Below, piece by piece: positions 23,662 through 34,811 of a stretch of DNA of 60,000 nucleotides. Within the stretch, counting starts at the first letter, position 1. Each line of letters starts with the position of its first letter. The translations under genes were made by a program, and so were the position numbers. The notes below the pieces were generated by a model. It was not told the DNA's origin and did no database searches. It worked only from the letters and a program-made list of their open reading frames with translations. This stretch comes from Malacoraja senta (taxonomy: Eukaryota), in assembly GCA_038087875.1 (NCBI GenBank), contig CM075998.1:1304001-1364000 (forward strand), given 5' to 3'.

Positions 23662-24395
23662 CTGCATCAAGAGAAGAAATTCTGTATTGCTATTGCATTT
23701 TCGTCATTCATTATTATTATATTCCACATAACATTTCAGTTCATATCTAGCACCATATTGCCTATTGTCCATGGGAACATTGATAAGCAGATTGAAGACC
23801 ATTTGATAGGCTTTATTCATTTTCCTTACTATTTAGGTCTTCTTCTTATCGAGTCCACACAGAAGATTAGTTGTTCAGCCAGAACTGTACGCAGATGCAG
23901 AGAAGCTTCTTGTGCGCGGTGGTGGAAAGATTGGTGGAACCAGGGCCGCATGTGAGCGCTCTTTCCCTTACCACACTATTTAGGTAAAAATTAGCAATGT
24001 TTTTTAACCATTACAGGGCAAGGAGCTTTAAGGAAATTGTAGCCCTGGGATGATCAGGTACTTTAGGAATGTGCCTAAACAAACAATACTTACTTTAAAA
24101 TTGAGAAACTACAAGGTCCTTGAAACAAGATGAAAAATATATAGCGAGATTTTTAAAAATCATAGCTGTGAAAATAAGGGCTGCTATTTTAATAACTCGT
24201 GTAACGAACAAAGCCAGAATCTTTTGCCTGTCCCCAATTCATTCTCGTACTGATTGGTTTCCTGGAAAATTTTAGGAGAGCAATTAAGAGGCAGATACAT
24301 TGCTGGGGTAGGGAGCTACATTGAGCCGACCAGCAACCACTCATTTATGGTAAGGAAAGAGATGCACAAATGCACAGAATTCTGATATTACTTAC

Positions 24396-24532
24396 TTATA
24401 GTGTAGCCCCAGCCAGTGACGTAACATAGATAGTCATTTGGTAAGGTAGCACCTGCATCGGGCAAATTTCCAAGCTGGACAAATTGGTTCAGGACAGCAT
24501 CCTGCTCCAGGTAAACCAGCGCAATATCATTC
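24396..24532 (-). CDS. CELA1: Elastase copy B exon 5
   Basis: [17 protein letters not shown]...[10 protein letters not shown]; 137 bp. Confidence 0.9.
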
Positions 24533-25263
24533 CTATTAAAAATGGATTTGCAGCATTAGTGTCTATTTAATTTTTTAACTCATGTTGCAAATGCATGGTA
24601 AGGCGAGTGCCTACAATTAGGATTACATTCAGTTTTAGGTTCTTTCCTTGTTGTTCACCCTTCCTCTCTTAAATACTGTCCTTCAAACTGTAGTCCCCTC
24701 TGTTACCTCATACATATGACCATGTGTCACCATCTTCTTGTTCTGAGGCATCTCCTTGGGATCAAGGATAATGTACGACCACTCTGGTTTGTGGGCCTGA
24801 GCTGGTTTATGAGACCAATGTAAGAACGGCAGACTCTTCCACAGATGGGGCAGGTGGTGGCTGATGGGGTGGGTGGATGGTTAGTTCATGAGGGGGTCTG
24901 CTTTTTCAGTCATTTTCACAGGGCCTCCATGTGTTCTTGACGCATGAACTCAAGATTCCCAATCCCATCCTGAATGCTTCTTCTCCACTTGAGTGGTCTT
25001 GGGACAGTGATTCACAGGAGTCATTGGGGATGTTGCATTTCTTCACGGTGGCTTTGAGCACATCCTTGCATATTTTCCTTTGTCCATGACAGAGCTCAGA
25101 ATAGTGTCTCTTCTGGGAGTGTGGGGATGAGCATGTGAGTGATGACATCTTGACCTTCAAATACTCCTTTTCCTCAATTGACCAACGTTTGTTCTGGTTC
25201 ATTGAAGTCAGTGGTGTATTTCATATGAATGTCTGCCTTTTCTGAGAGGCGGCTCCTTAGACA

Positions 25264-26240
25264 TAATAATAATAATAATACATTTTATTTATGGGTGCCT
25301 TTCAAAAGTCACAAGGACACCTTACAAAGTTTAACAAATAGTAGAAACATGTAAGCGGAATGAAATAAATAGTAAAGACATCACGAGTACACAAATTAAA
25401 GAGAGAATTCAATCCAAAAACAAAAATCAAAAACACAATATGGAAGAGAGAGCAGCGGCTGCTAAAGCGCGCCAGCGTCCACCCTCCCTTCCAGCAGCCA
25501 TCTTGGACATAAAATAAAATATAATTTACACACAAAAATCATCCCCCCACAATGATTACCACTGTGGGGAAGGCACAATGTCCAGTCCCCAACCCCAGTT
25601 CACCCAAAGTCAGGCCTATTGAGGCCTCCACAATTGCCTCTACGGAGGCCCGATGTTCCTGGCCGTTTTCACCGGGTGTTGTTGCCCCGTCGTCGGGAGA
25701 GTCCTCGCAGCGGCTGGGCCACCTGGAGCGGCAGATTTTCTACCGGAGTCCGTGGCACCTGAAGCCAACAAGGCCGCGCCGATTTGGAGCTCCGAGGCTC
25801 CTGATGTTAGGGTCGTCTCTGCCGCCCGCGGCTGGCCGCTCCGCAGTCCCGCAGCCCGGAGGTGTTGAGCTCGGCGGTCCAGCTCACCAGAGCTCCAGCG
25901 CGTCGATCCAGTGCGGCGACCCAGGCGCGCTCCGCGATAGCGCTCCAGCGCTGTGCCACCACCGAAGCTGAAGGTGCTGGGCAGTCCCCACCAGGAAACG
26001 CCGCTCCACGCCGCTCCATGCCCGCTGGTAGGCCGCAAGGACGGGTCGACGGGGCAGCCCGGAGAAAAAGCTGCCTCACCGACCAGGTAGGGACCTAGAA
26101 ATAGTTTCCCCCTTACTCCCCCCACATTAAAAGTCAAAATTCCCCATAGACAAAAACAAGAAAAAAAACTAAAACTAAGTAAAAAAAGTGAATTGAACAG
26201 ACGGCTGCTGGTTAGCAGCCGTTCCCCAAGATAGCTCCTC
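25264..26240 (-). mobile_element. CpG-rich retro-insertion in copy B intron 4
   Basis: (TTA)n tail at 25264-25280; absent from the homologous site in copy A (~9050). Confidence 0.65.
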
Positions 26241-26257
26241 CTAGTCATTGACACGGT

Positions 26258-26876
26258 CTTCTTCGAGTCCGTTGCAATCTCAGATGTCGTTCTGCCAGTA
26301 TCTGGCGCAAGTCACAGCTGGTCGAGTCGGTTCAGCCAGGTCCTGGGGGCTGCACTGGGGGGGCGTCGTCACACTCCAGTAGGTGGGACATTGTCTGTAC
26401 TGCTCCACAGCTGCATGTGTCTTCTGCCTGGTAGTTCCATGCTTTCATAAGTGCTTTACACCTCCCCTGCTCCACTCGTAATCTGTTGAGGGTCTTCCAG
26501 GTTGGACATGGGAGGTCGTGCCCGCTGGCGAGGCATTCAGTCGGAGTGATTCCTCTCTCCATCCAGTCGTGGGCTCGTGTGTTGAGCTGGTTCCATTCAT
26601 CTTTCCAGATGTTGGTCCTTGCTGTTTCTTTGGTTGTCTGGAGAGGTGGGACTGTCTGCAAGAAACTGGCTCTGGATTTCATCGGGGTGGAGGTGCTGTG
26701 TGTCCGTGCAGGGGGTGCCTGGTATCGATCTCCTTTGCTCTCCGCTCGTCTTGGGCGACGATGGATCGTCTGATATGGGGGGGGGGCAATACCAGACGAT
26801 CCATCTGAATGGTATAATTTGATATTATTACCACCAGTAGGCCAATATCTGTATACCTACCCAAGCAATCTATTAG
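26258..26876 (-). mobile_element. RTE-clade LINE 3' fragment with 11-bp TSD
   Basis: WKTLNRLRVEQGRCKALMKAW...CSCGAVQTMSHLLEC (CCHC-like); GAAGAAG tail; ATTGACACGGT duplicated at 26247-26257 and 26877-26887. Confidence 0.8.
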
Positions 26877-27226
26877 ATTGACACGGTGTGGTGAGGTAGA
26901 TTAGTAGAAGACCTTTATCTTTTGGATGTTGAATGTAACACTCATCTTCTCAAATGCTTCGGTGAAAGATCTGTGTAGGAGATGAGTGACTCCCTCTCAC
27001 ACACAGACGCACACGTTCCATTAAAGGAGGTACGAGTGTGAGTGGTGGACACCACTGAACAATCGATGTGTGGGCATATATCTTTTTTTGCTACACAAAG
27101 TTATCCATGAGTGTTTTTATGAGATTTTGATCGTTCTTAAAGTAGCGGCTGTAATAGACTAGATTTCAAAATAACTTTGATGTCAACACAATATGCATTG
27201 GTCCAAAATATTATATTGTTACATAC

Positions 27227-27352
27227 CCAAGTGCAAGATCACCATTCCAACCTTCATGGATGATGACATGTTGTACGTTAATGTACTGTTCGGTTTTATC
27301 ATCCTCATAAATGTTGTGATCACCCAGGACGACACGGTATGTTATACTTGGA
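27227..27352 (-). CDS. CELA1: Elastase copy B exon 4
   Basis: [41 protein letters not shown]; 126 bp. Confidence 0.9.
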
Positions 27353-28985
27353 CTGTAAGTGAAAAAAAACGATGTTACGTTATACAAAAGGGATTGGCAA
27401 GGGTAGATAGGGGAGTGAGAAATAGGTGGCTTCATTGCCCTACATTCTATTGTTTAAGCCCAGGGTTTTATATACAGTTTGGTAGTTTGAAATAGAAAGT
27501 CAATTATTAAATATAATGGTATTTCCAATACGATACAATGGTAAATTCTATGATAGTCTTTCATGCATTTAATATGCTATTGTATAGAATTGCTGGGTGT
27601 AAATCAGTGATGTCAGTTGATGTGCAAATTGTTTGATGTTGCTGCTGCAACAATTGAGAACGTATTTTCATTGATGGAACAGCATGCAGAAGCAGACTTT
27701 AACAAGATGATGGCGGCCTCCTCCTGCATAAATATGGGGCCCATCCTTACCTGAGCTGCTGGCATGGAGTCTGCCACTGAACCAAGCTATGGAATCCTCA
27801 CCTAATTTCCCAATGTCTTATATGTGTTATAGGTAAGGACATTATATATTTTTGGGACCTAGCCCAACATGACGAATCATTGTACTGTATCCTATGTTCA
27901 GTCTGAGATACTTGGTACCGGCCCCTACTCCAACCTACCGCTTCAAGCCAAGCTGCCCCAAATACGTGCTGGTGTGAAATCCATTAATGAACTTTTCAAA
28001 ATACTGATAAACCTCAATCTTCTCTCATCAGAATACCTTGACATGATGATGGTCAAAACATCAAACAGGATTACCATCCTCTGAGAATCTAGTAGACTAA
28101 CGTACTGACACAGGATTGAAATAAAACCATTTCACAGACTTACAGCAAACAGGCAAGTTGAAGATACAGATGTCACCATCAAAATCATGTTAGGTGTGCA
28201 TTTACTAAATTATAGCAGTTATGATTTTTTGCATTATAAAATATGGAGGTTTTAGGGCAAGTGGTTAACGTACAAGACAACTGTGAACAGGAGTCATCAC
28301 TTTTATGCAAAGGAACAGACATGTCTCATTGATTAGCTGGGTGAGAGGTGCGTGTGTTAAAGTTAAATGGTGGCTTGCAAAACACTGGACAGGACTGATC
28401 AGCTGTACTCAGGAAACAAATGTCTATGGTTCAATGGTTCTTTATTGTCACGTATGCACTGCACAGTGAAATTATGTTTGCGCAGCTCACACATGCACAA
28501 GAGCTCGAGTGATCACCAGAGTGAGTTGTGTTGAGAGTCAGAGCTGGAAAGAAATACATGAATTGAAATTAGAGTTACAGACAAGAGTTAAAGCTGCATC
28601 AGGTTGTTGGAGTACATACGTCAGATCAGTGCATGGTATGTTGCAGTATTTTATACCAACATTTTTGGTAGTTTCCGGCAATACTGTGATGCTTAGATAA
28701 TCCGCTAAGAAAACCCGTGTTCCCTTGAAATTTACAGGAGCCCCATTACGTGTGCTCCCTTGAAACTCACCAAAGTGCTAAGTGTGCCAAATGAGAAGAT
28801 TTTTAATGTATGTAGTTTTATTTTATTACTAGTGCTCGCACTTACTCAGTCTTGATAAATGTTTAAAGGAGTTTTAGGTTATGTTGCTTTTTTAGCTTTG
28901 ACCAGCTTTACTCCACCTGCAGAGGCTCAGGCTGAACTCAGAGAATAGGCATAAATGACAAATCGTACCAATCAAAATCATTCAC

Positions 28986-29083
28986 CTGTCCACACAGTGA
29001 GCAGCAGTCAGCACCCATCTGTTACGAATTAAAGTCCCTCCACAGGTGTGGTACCAGTAATTAGCGTAACCTTGAAGAGAAAC
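28986..29083 (-). CDS. CELA1: Elastase copy B exon 3
   Basis: [32 protein letters not shown]; 98 bp. Confidence 0.9.
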
Positions 29084-29255
29084 CTGGTCAAGGGAAAAAC
29101 AGAGCTTCATATTAATGCAGAAAATGTGGCTAGAAAAGCTGGCTGAAAACAGAAAAGTGATGAAGACCTATTCATACAAATATTTTCATTTTCTTGGAAT
29201 TTACAGAGTGCCTATGATAATCTATGTTGTTGAGGAAATGTTTTATCTTTCTCAC

Positions 29256-29323
29256 CTGCCATGGCCACGCATTGCGATTTGCCTCAGTCCCTCCAATGAC
29301 TCGATTGTTTTCAGAACAGAGCC
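29256..29323 (-). CDS. CELA1: Elastase copy B exon 2
   Basis: Identical to copy A exon 2 (R|VIGG). Confidence 0.88.
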
Positions 29324-30106
29324 CTGTATACATTGAGAAAATGTTTTGATTACATCTTCACTGATATTTGCTATCCTAAAATTCATTTTATGTATTCGAG
29401 AAGTCTGTATTCCATCAGTAATGTGAGAAATTAAATTCCAATAGCCCCCAGAGCAGGTCAGGTCAAATTGTTAACCTGTAGAACTGTTCAATTTGTCTTA
29501 TTTACGAGTTACAAGTTTAAATGATAATTGGAGATGAAGAAGATCATTTATCTCATCTAGTTTATCCATTAGGAAAGACCCAAAGGTCTCTTGAATGTAG
29601 CATGCAATTTTGTCATGTTCATTCAGTGTTTGATTACTCTTTATGTGAATAAATGTGCTTTCACTCAATTGAACCATCATCACCATGTTCTGGTCCTGCA
29701 ATATAATATAATATGCACTAAAAACGGTCTATCTAGTCCTAGGAAAATTGACTGAGCCAAATAGAATGACCTGCTTGCCAGGTCTTGGGAGCTATGTGTG
29801 ATCCAAAGTCTTAAGCCTACATGTTAATCATCCTATCCCAAGCCTCAGAAAAGCTCAATGCAATATTTCAGTCTTCCTCATTACCCATCCTTGTGCCCTG
29901 TCTGAGTGAATTGTCCATTTATACTCAGTATGTACAGTTTTGTGTGAACTTATTTCCATTGGCAACAACATGGAGGCTGCTCATACAAGGACCTTGCAGC
30001 CAGGAGAGGGTGCACTCACACTTCATATTTTGTCTGTGGGCAAGAAACTAGTTCATGATTACCTAAAACTTCAATGCTTTTGACAGTTGTAGTTATCTGT
30101 TACAGT

Positions 30107-30652
30107 TATATAAGACATTGGTGAGGCCACATTTAGAGTATTGTGTTCAGTTTTGGTCACCCTGTTGTAGGAAAGATGTTGTCACGCTGGAAAGGGTGCA
30201 GAAAAGATTTACGAGGATCTTGCCAGGACTCGAGGGCCTGTGCTATGGGGGAGGATTAGCAGGCTACGACTTTATTCCTTGGAGTACAGGAGGATGAGGG
30301 GTGATCTTATAAAGGTACACAAAATCATATATTGGGTAAATGCATAGCGTCTTTGGCTCAGAGTAGGGGAATCGAGAACCGGAGGACATAGGTTCAAGGT
30401 GAGGGGGGAAAGATTTCATAGGAACCCGAGGGGTAACTTTTTTCCACAAAGGGTAATGGGTATATGGACCGAGTTTCCAGGGAGAGGTAGGTGAGGCAGG
30501 TACTACTACAACATTTAAGAAACATCTAGACACGTACATGGATAGGATAGGTTTGGAATGATATGGGCCAAACGCAGGCAGGTGGGACCCGATGGTAATG
30601 TGGGCATGTTGGCCCGTAGGGCCTGTTTCCATGCTGTATGATTCTGTGACTC
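30107..30652 (+). mobile_element. CR1 3' fragment in intron 1 of copy B only
   Basis: ttatataagacattggtgaggccacatttagagtattgtgttcag...ctgtatgattctgtgact; absent from copy A intron 1. Confidence 0.85.
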
Positions 30653-31047
30653 TGTTTGGAGTTAAGGTACCAGGAAAGGTGGAAAATCCAACACGACTCA
30701 GTTATTCTGCGAATTTACCCCATTCTAAGATACATTGGCTTTTCTCTTGGGATGAGGTTGAGCAGTTCTTGTGTTCACCGGTTTCCAATCTGATAGCACA
30801 AGTGGAGGGAGGACTGGAGATGGGACCTTTCTAAATTTCCTAGGACTGCTGTCTTGATGTCAATTACTTCAAGTTTAAATCTCATTCAACTGCTCCTTAG
30901 TAAGTTTTATTTTTCACATGACTCATTTGTATTAGAAATGGCAAATGCCTGGCACTTAATTTACTAGTCAGCAACAACTAAAACAGTTTTTGAAATTAGA
31001 AATAGAGCGACTCTTTTAGTAGGCAAAATAATTGAAGTTATACTTAC

Positions 31048-31087
31048 CAAGCAGGGCAAGACTTGCTAAAACCAACAGTCGCAACAT
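31048..31087 (-). CDS. CELA1: Elastase copy B exon 1
   Basis: [13 protein letters not shown]; 40 bp; G|GTAAGT. Confidence 0.85.
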
Positions 31088-31131
31088 CTTGGCAAGTGTA
31101 TTGTGGAATGTTTTGACCTCATTGCCCAGTA

Positions 31132-31137
31132 TTTATA
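31132..31137 (-). promoter_or_regulatory. TATA box, elastase copy B
   Basis: TATAAA 45 bp upstream of ATG. Confidence 0.8.
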
Positions 31138-31262
31138 CACATATTATGTCAAACACTTGCCGTAAACTGGATAGACTTTCAGCTCATTTCGTAACTATGA
31201 TAAAGCCGCAATGTTGATATTTAAACATTGGACATTATTTGGGGCTGCCAGAATTGATAGTA

Positions 31263-31280
31263 TGAGAAAATCTCCAGGTG
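31263..31280 (-). promoter_or_regulatory. PTF1-type bipartite site (E-box + TC-box), copy B
   Basis: CACCTG-gagat-TTTCTCA; same position as in copy A; only the spacer differs. Confidence 0.65.
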
Positions 31281-32099
31281 ACATCAGTTTCTGTTCCAAA
31301 ACAGAAAAGTAACCCCTGCATTCCCTCTCTCCTCCCCTCCCCCCACCTACTAGTTCCACTTTTCACACCCTTGTATCCCTGTGTATCACCTCTTCCCCAG
31401 GCAACAATGAGCCATTATGGACTCCACGGTCATCTTTTGCCAGCCCTGCTTTGTTCTGGGCTTTTCTTAGCTTCGATTCCCTCCCCTCGACTTACTGAAG
31501 TAAGATCCCAACCCGAAACGTCACCCATCCTTTTTCTCCAGAGATGCTGCCTGACCTGCCGAGTTACTCCATCACTTTGTGTCTATCTTGGGCATTCAGA
31601 AAATGTGCCTTTGTTAAAAATAAACAGGAAACCTTGTGCAGTGTTTATTTTCGTTATCTTGTTCTCAATCACCCCATTGTTGTCTTTAGCAAAAGGGACC
31701 CGTTGCTGATCCTCTACCAATGCTATTGAAAATCTATAAATCCAGGTAGGTCATCTACCCTTTGATTGTCCTTCACCAATTTGCGGGATGGGGTCTCACT
31801 GTATTTTGCTGCAACGGTGTAATGAAGAGTGATAACATCCTAGAACATTGTAGTGTAGTGATTGTAGTCTTGGAATAGCAACTTGATCATTCTAATTCCA
31901 AACTTGTGAGTTGTGAAGTTGCAAGTTGTGAAACTGAATTCAATGACACTGATAATGATGTGTGGGTTGGCCACGGAAATGAAATGACCATGAATGCGGC
32001 CAGATTGTCCTTAAACACTAATATCCTCAGGGAAGGAAACATGCTTTCCACACCTGCTCTGGACCACACTGTTGGTTTCCATACAAAGCTGTGTGACTT

Positions 32100-32122
32100 G
32101 ATGATGATGATGATGATGATGA
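32100..32122. repeat. (GAT)n microsatellite at the outer duplication boundary
   Basis: gatgatgatgatgatgatgatga. Confidence 0.9.
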
Positions 32123-32149
32123 GATAAGGATGAAATAATGTCCAACATT

Positions 32150-34700
32150 TTCACAACTCAAACATGATTTTATTATTTCGGTAAGTCATTCAAACTCAAA
32201 TATGACAAAAACAATACTCAGCAGTGCTCAATGGCAGAAAACATATTCTAGAACAACTCCCAACAAAAATTTAAAAAAGCCTTTTTACATCAATCAATTC
32301 CAAGTTGTTTTTCTTCCTGTCATCAAGCAGTGATTCATGCTGCAATGTGGATTGATGGGCGCCAAAGGCCATCTCCCATAGTCATGCTTTTGTGAGCTTA
32401 CAATAAATATCAGTGGGCAATTCCATTTTCAACCAATACAAGTTCACATCTTCACTTGCTAGAGTAGGTCTTAATGGAGAAAGTGAACATATTTACGTAG
32501 TGTCCTTCACAAACTCAGGATGTCGGAAGTACTTTACAGCCAATAAATTATTTTTTGAATTGTTGCCATTGTTACAATGTAACACAGTAAAGTCCCATAA
32601 AAGACCAGATATTTGCTTTTGATATTATTTTTTGGGGGGGGGGGGGGGGGAGAGAGAAGAGTATTGGCCAGGACATCAATGACCAGCAGCAACCCTAGCT
32701 CCATTTGCTTGGACAAAAACATTACATTGTAGAGGTCTATGTTTTCACAGCTAACAAAAGCACAGATTGAGGAGTGAACTCTGGCCCTGTCTGGTCTTTA
32801 AGATACAACACCAAAATATGTGATGCATTGTGTCACTGCACCAGAAATACCATCTTGCTTCATTACAATCCAGAGGCATTCTTTAATACAGCAAGTTGAA
32901 CTAGTAAGACTCAGGAGGGATTTACAAACAATTATTAATTTTCTTTCCTGCATTTAAAAATAGTCTAAACATACAAGATGAAGTACCTATACAATGGTTA
33001 GAGAGCAGTGAATATTGAATGATTTTTTGTTTAGAACTACAGAATTAGAATTCAATGGAGGTAGATAGCAAATTTAGGAAATGAAATTCAAACCTCTGTT
33101 CACTTTTCACGAAATCAATATTCTGTTCAATAAATCAGGATAAAAACTGGAATCATAAGGGATGGGGGAGGGGGTAATGGTGGTTGTGTTAAAGTAGCAT
33201 TCTCCCCTATGTTGTCTTCTATATCCTGTGTACACTTCTATATCCTGATAACACCAGCAAATATTTCATACAAATAGGAAGCAGGCTTCCCAATTTAATA
33301 CATTTACATGTCTAAATGCAATATTCACAGGCTATTGGATCGATGGTTGAAATGACCATGGTTTGCAGTGTTATAGGGCAAATCATTGTTAGCTTGGGGA
33401 GACAAACTCAATTTACTGCAGTACAAGAGGATCATCTTTATCACTGTGAAATGAGATCAAAGAGCTTCTTTGATGCTAGATTAATAGTGGGATACCTTTG
33501 CACATGTGCAAAAGTGCAATTACAAGGCAGAGATTTCTACAAGTCAGAGTATTATAATAAATTCAAAAAAGCTTAGAAAAATATAATTCAGCATTTGTTG
33601 CTTCAAATCCAGAGTATGAAAAATGTCAACAAGATTATCCCCAAACTTACACTCAAAAGAGCCTCATGCTGTTTAATAGTGCAGCCCACCAACTCTGAGA
33701 AACTGCAATTATTACAGCTTAGGAACTAAATATTTCATAAAGAAACCCAAAATCTATTTCAACTGTGTCTTGACACATATATACAGCTCAATGTTCAATT
33801 TATTTTAAGCATGATAAATTATCTTAACTTATACAATTCCAATATGCAGACCCACTTTTTTGCTGGAAATGCCGCTTGGTGCAATCAGCGTACCGAAAAT
33901 AAGTCTCCTGTGTTTACCCGTAACATTGATTTTAATGCTCTTTTCAGACCACATTTGACAATTCCAAAGCTCTACAAGTCAATGACTGCTTGGATGGAAG
34001 TGACCTGGGTATCAAAGCAGTACTGTACCTTTGATATGACATTACTCCTAACGCACACACCATGATTTATTAAAACAGCCTCACAATTGGTTACATTCAA
34101 TATTAAATGACAACTGACCTCAAGTACAAATCAAAACTACCACAGTGAACTCTATGCTCTATGTTCCATTGGATTTTATGTTGCAAATGTCCTCCCCTGT
34201 CATTCCATAGGTACAGGTTCTGAGGAACGAGTTACACTCTGCCATCTTACCCAAGTGGTCATTATTCTTGCACGTCTTAAAGCCGATTTTTGAAAGCTTT
34301 TTCACGAGTGCCAATATATGAAGCATTTAACTTGACTGTACAGTTCCTACTGCTTTCTCATATAGGAATCAGTTTTACCTTATAAATGTTCCACATCACT
34401 TGCTTTCAATGTCAAAGATACAGGATTTTTAGAAAGGAATCGCTCCTGCAATGCCAGAGAAAACTTAATTGAACATTTTTGAAGTGTAGCAGAGATTCTT
34501 TTCAATCCAATTAAGAGATTTCTTTTCTGAACAAAACAGGAATGAAATCGGTAAATCTGATTTGCTCTATACCCAGGCTAAAATTCAGAGTCACAAAAAG
34601 ATTTAACAGCAAGGCCGGCTTTTATGTTTTAAAGTGTGCGTTTTCCCCACTCAGAATGACTCGGATACTTCACCAGGCGGCAACGTCCTTCTTGACAACA
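32150..34700 (-). other. GALNT6: Probable long GALNT6 3' UTR with distal AATAAA at 32169-32174
   Basis: ~2.5 kb AT-rich stretch after the stop with no recognisable transposon fragments, unlike the flanking introns; minus-strand AATAAA near its end. Other AATAAA candidates exist near 33800 and 34067. Confidence 0.5.
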
Positions 34701-34811
34701 CTAGGTGAAAGCCCACTGCTGGTGCAGGTCTGCAGAGTTGCACGGAACCATGGATGGATTCTTTCCTGACGCAGTCAAGCACTGATTACTGGCAGAATTT
34801 TTTATCAGGTC
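34701..34811 (-). CDS. GALNT6: GALNT6 last coding exon (lectin gamma repeat, stop)
   Basis: [39 protein letters not shown] at 34703-34701. Confidence 0.9.
   Translation of the reverse strand, partial: DLIKNSASNQCLTASGKNPSMVPCNSADLHQQWAFT

Larger units (their letters stand above)
22499..31087 (-). pseudogene. CELA1: Pancreatic elastase-1-like copy B; 8 exons, frameshifted as assembled (pseudogene or indel errors)
   Basis: Exons 31048-31087, 29256-29323, 28986-29083, 27227-27352, 24396-24532, 23517-23661 (145 bp, -1), 22858-23009 (152 bp, +2), 22499-22516. All splice sites, TATA box and catalytic codons are intact. Confidence 0.75.

Noticed and set aside
25552..26254. Long GC-rich ORFs (139-204 aa) on both strands
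   Set aside because: Lie inside a copy-specific CpG-rich insertion; low complexity and no protein motifs
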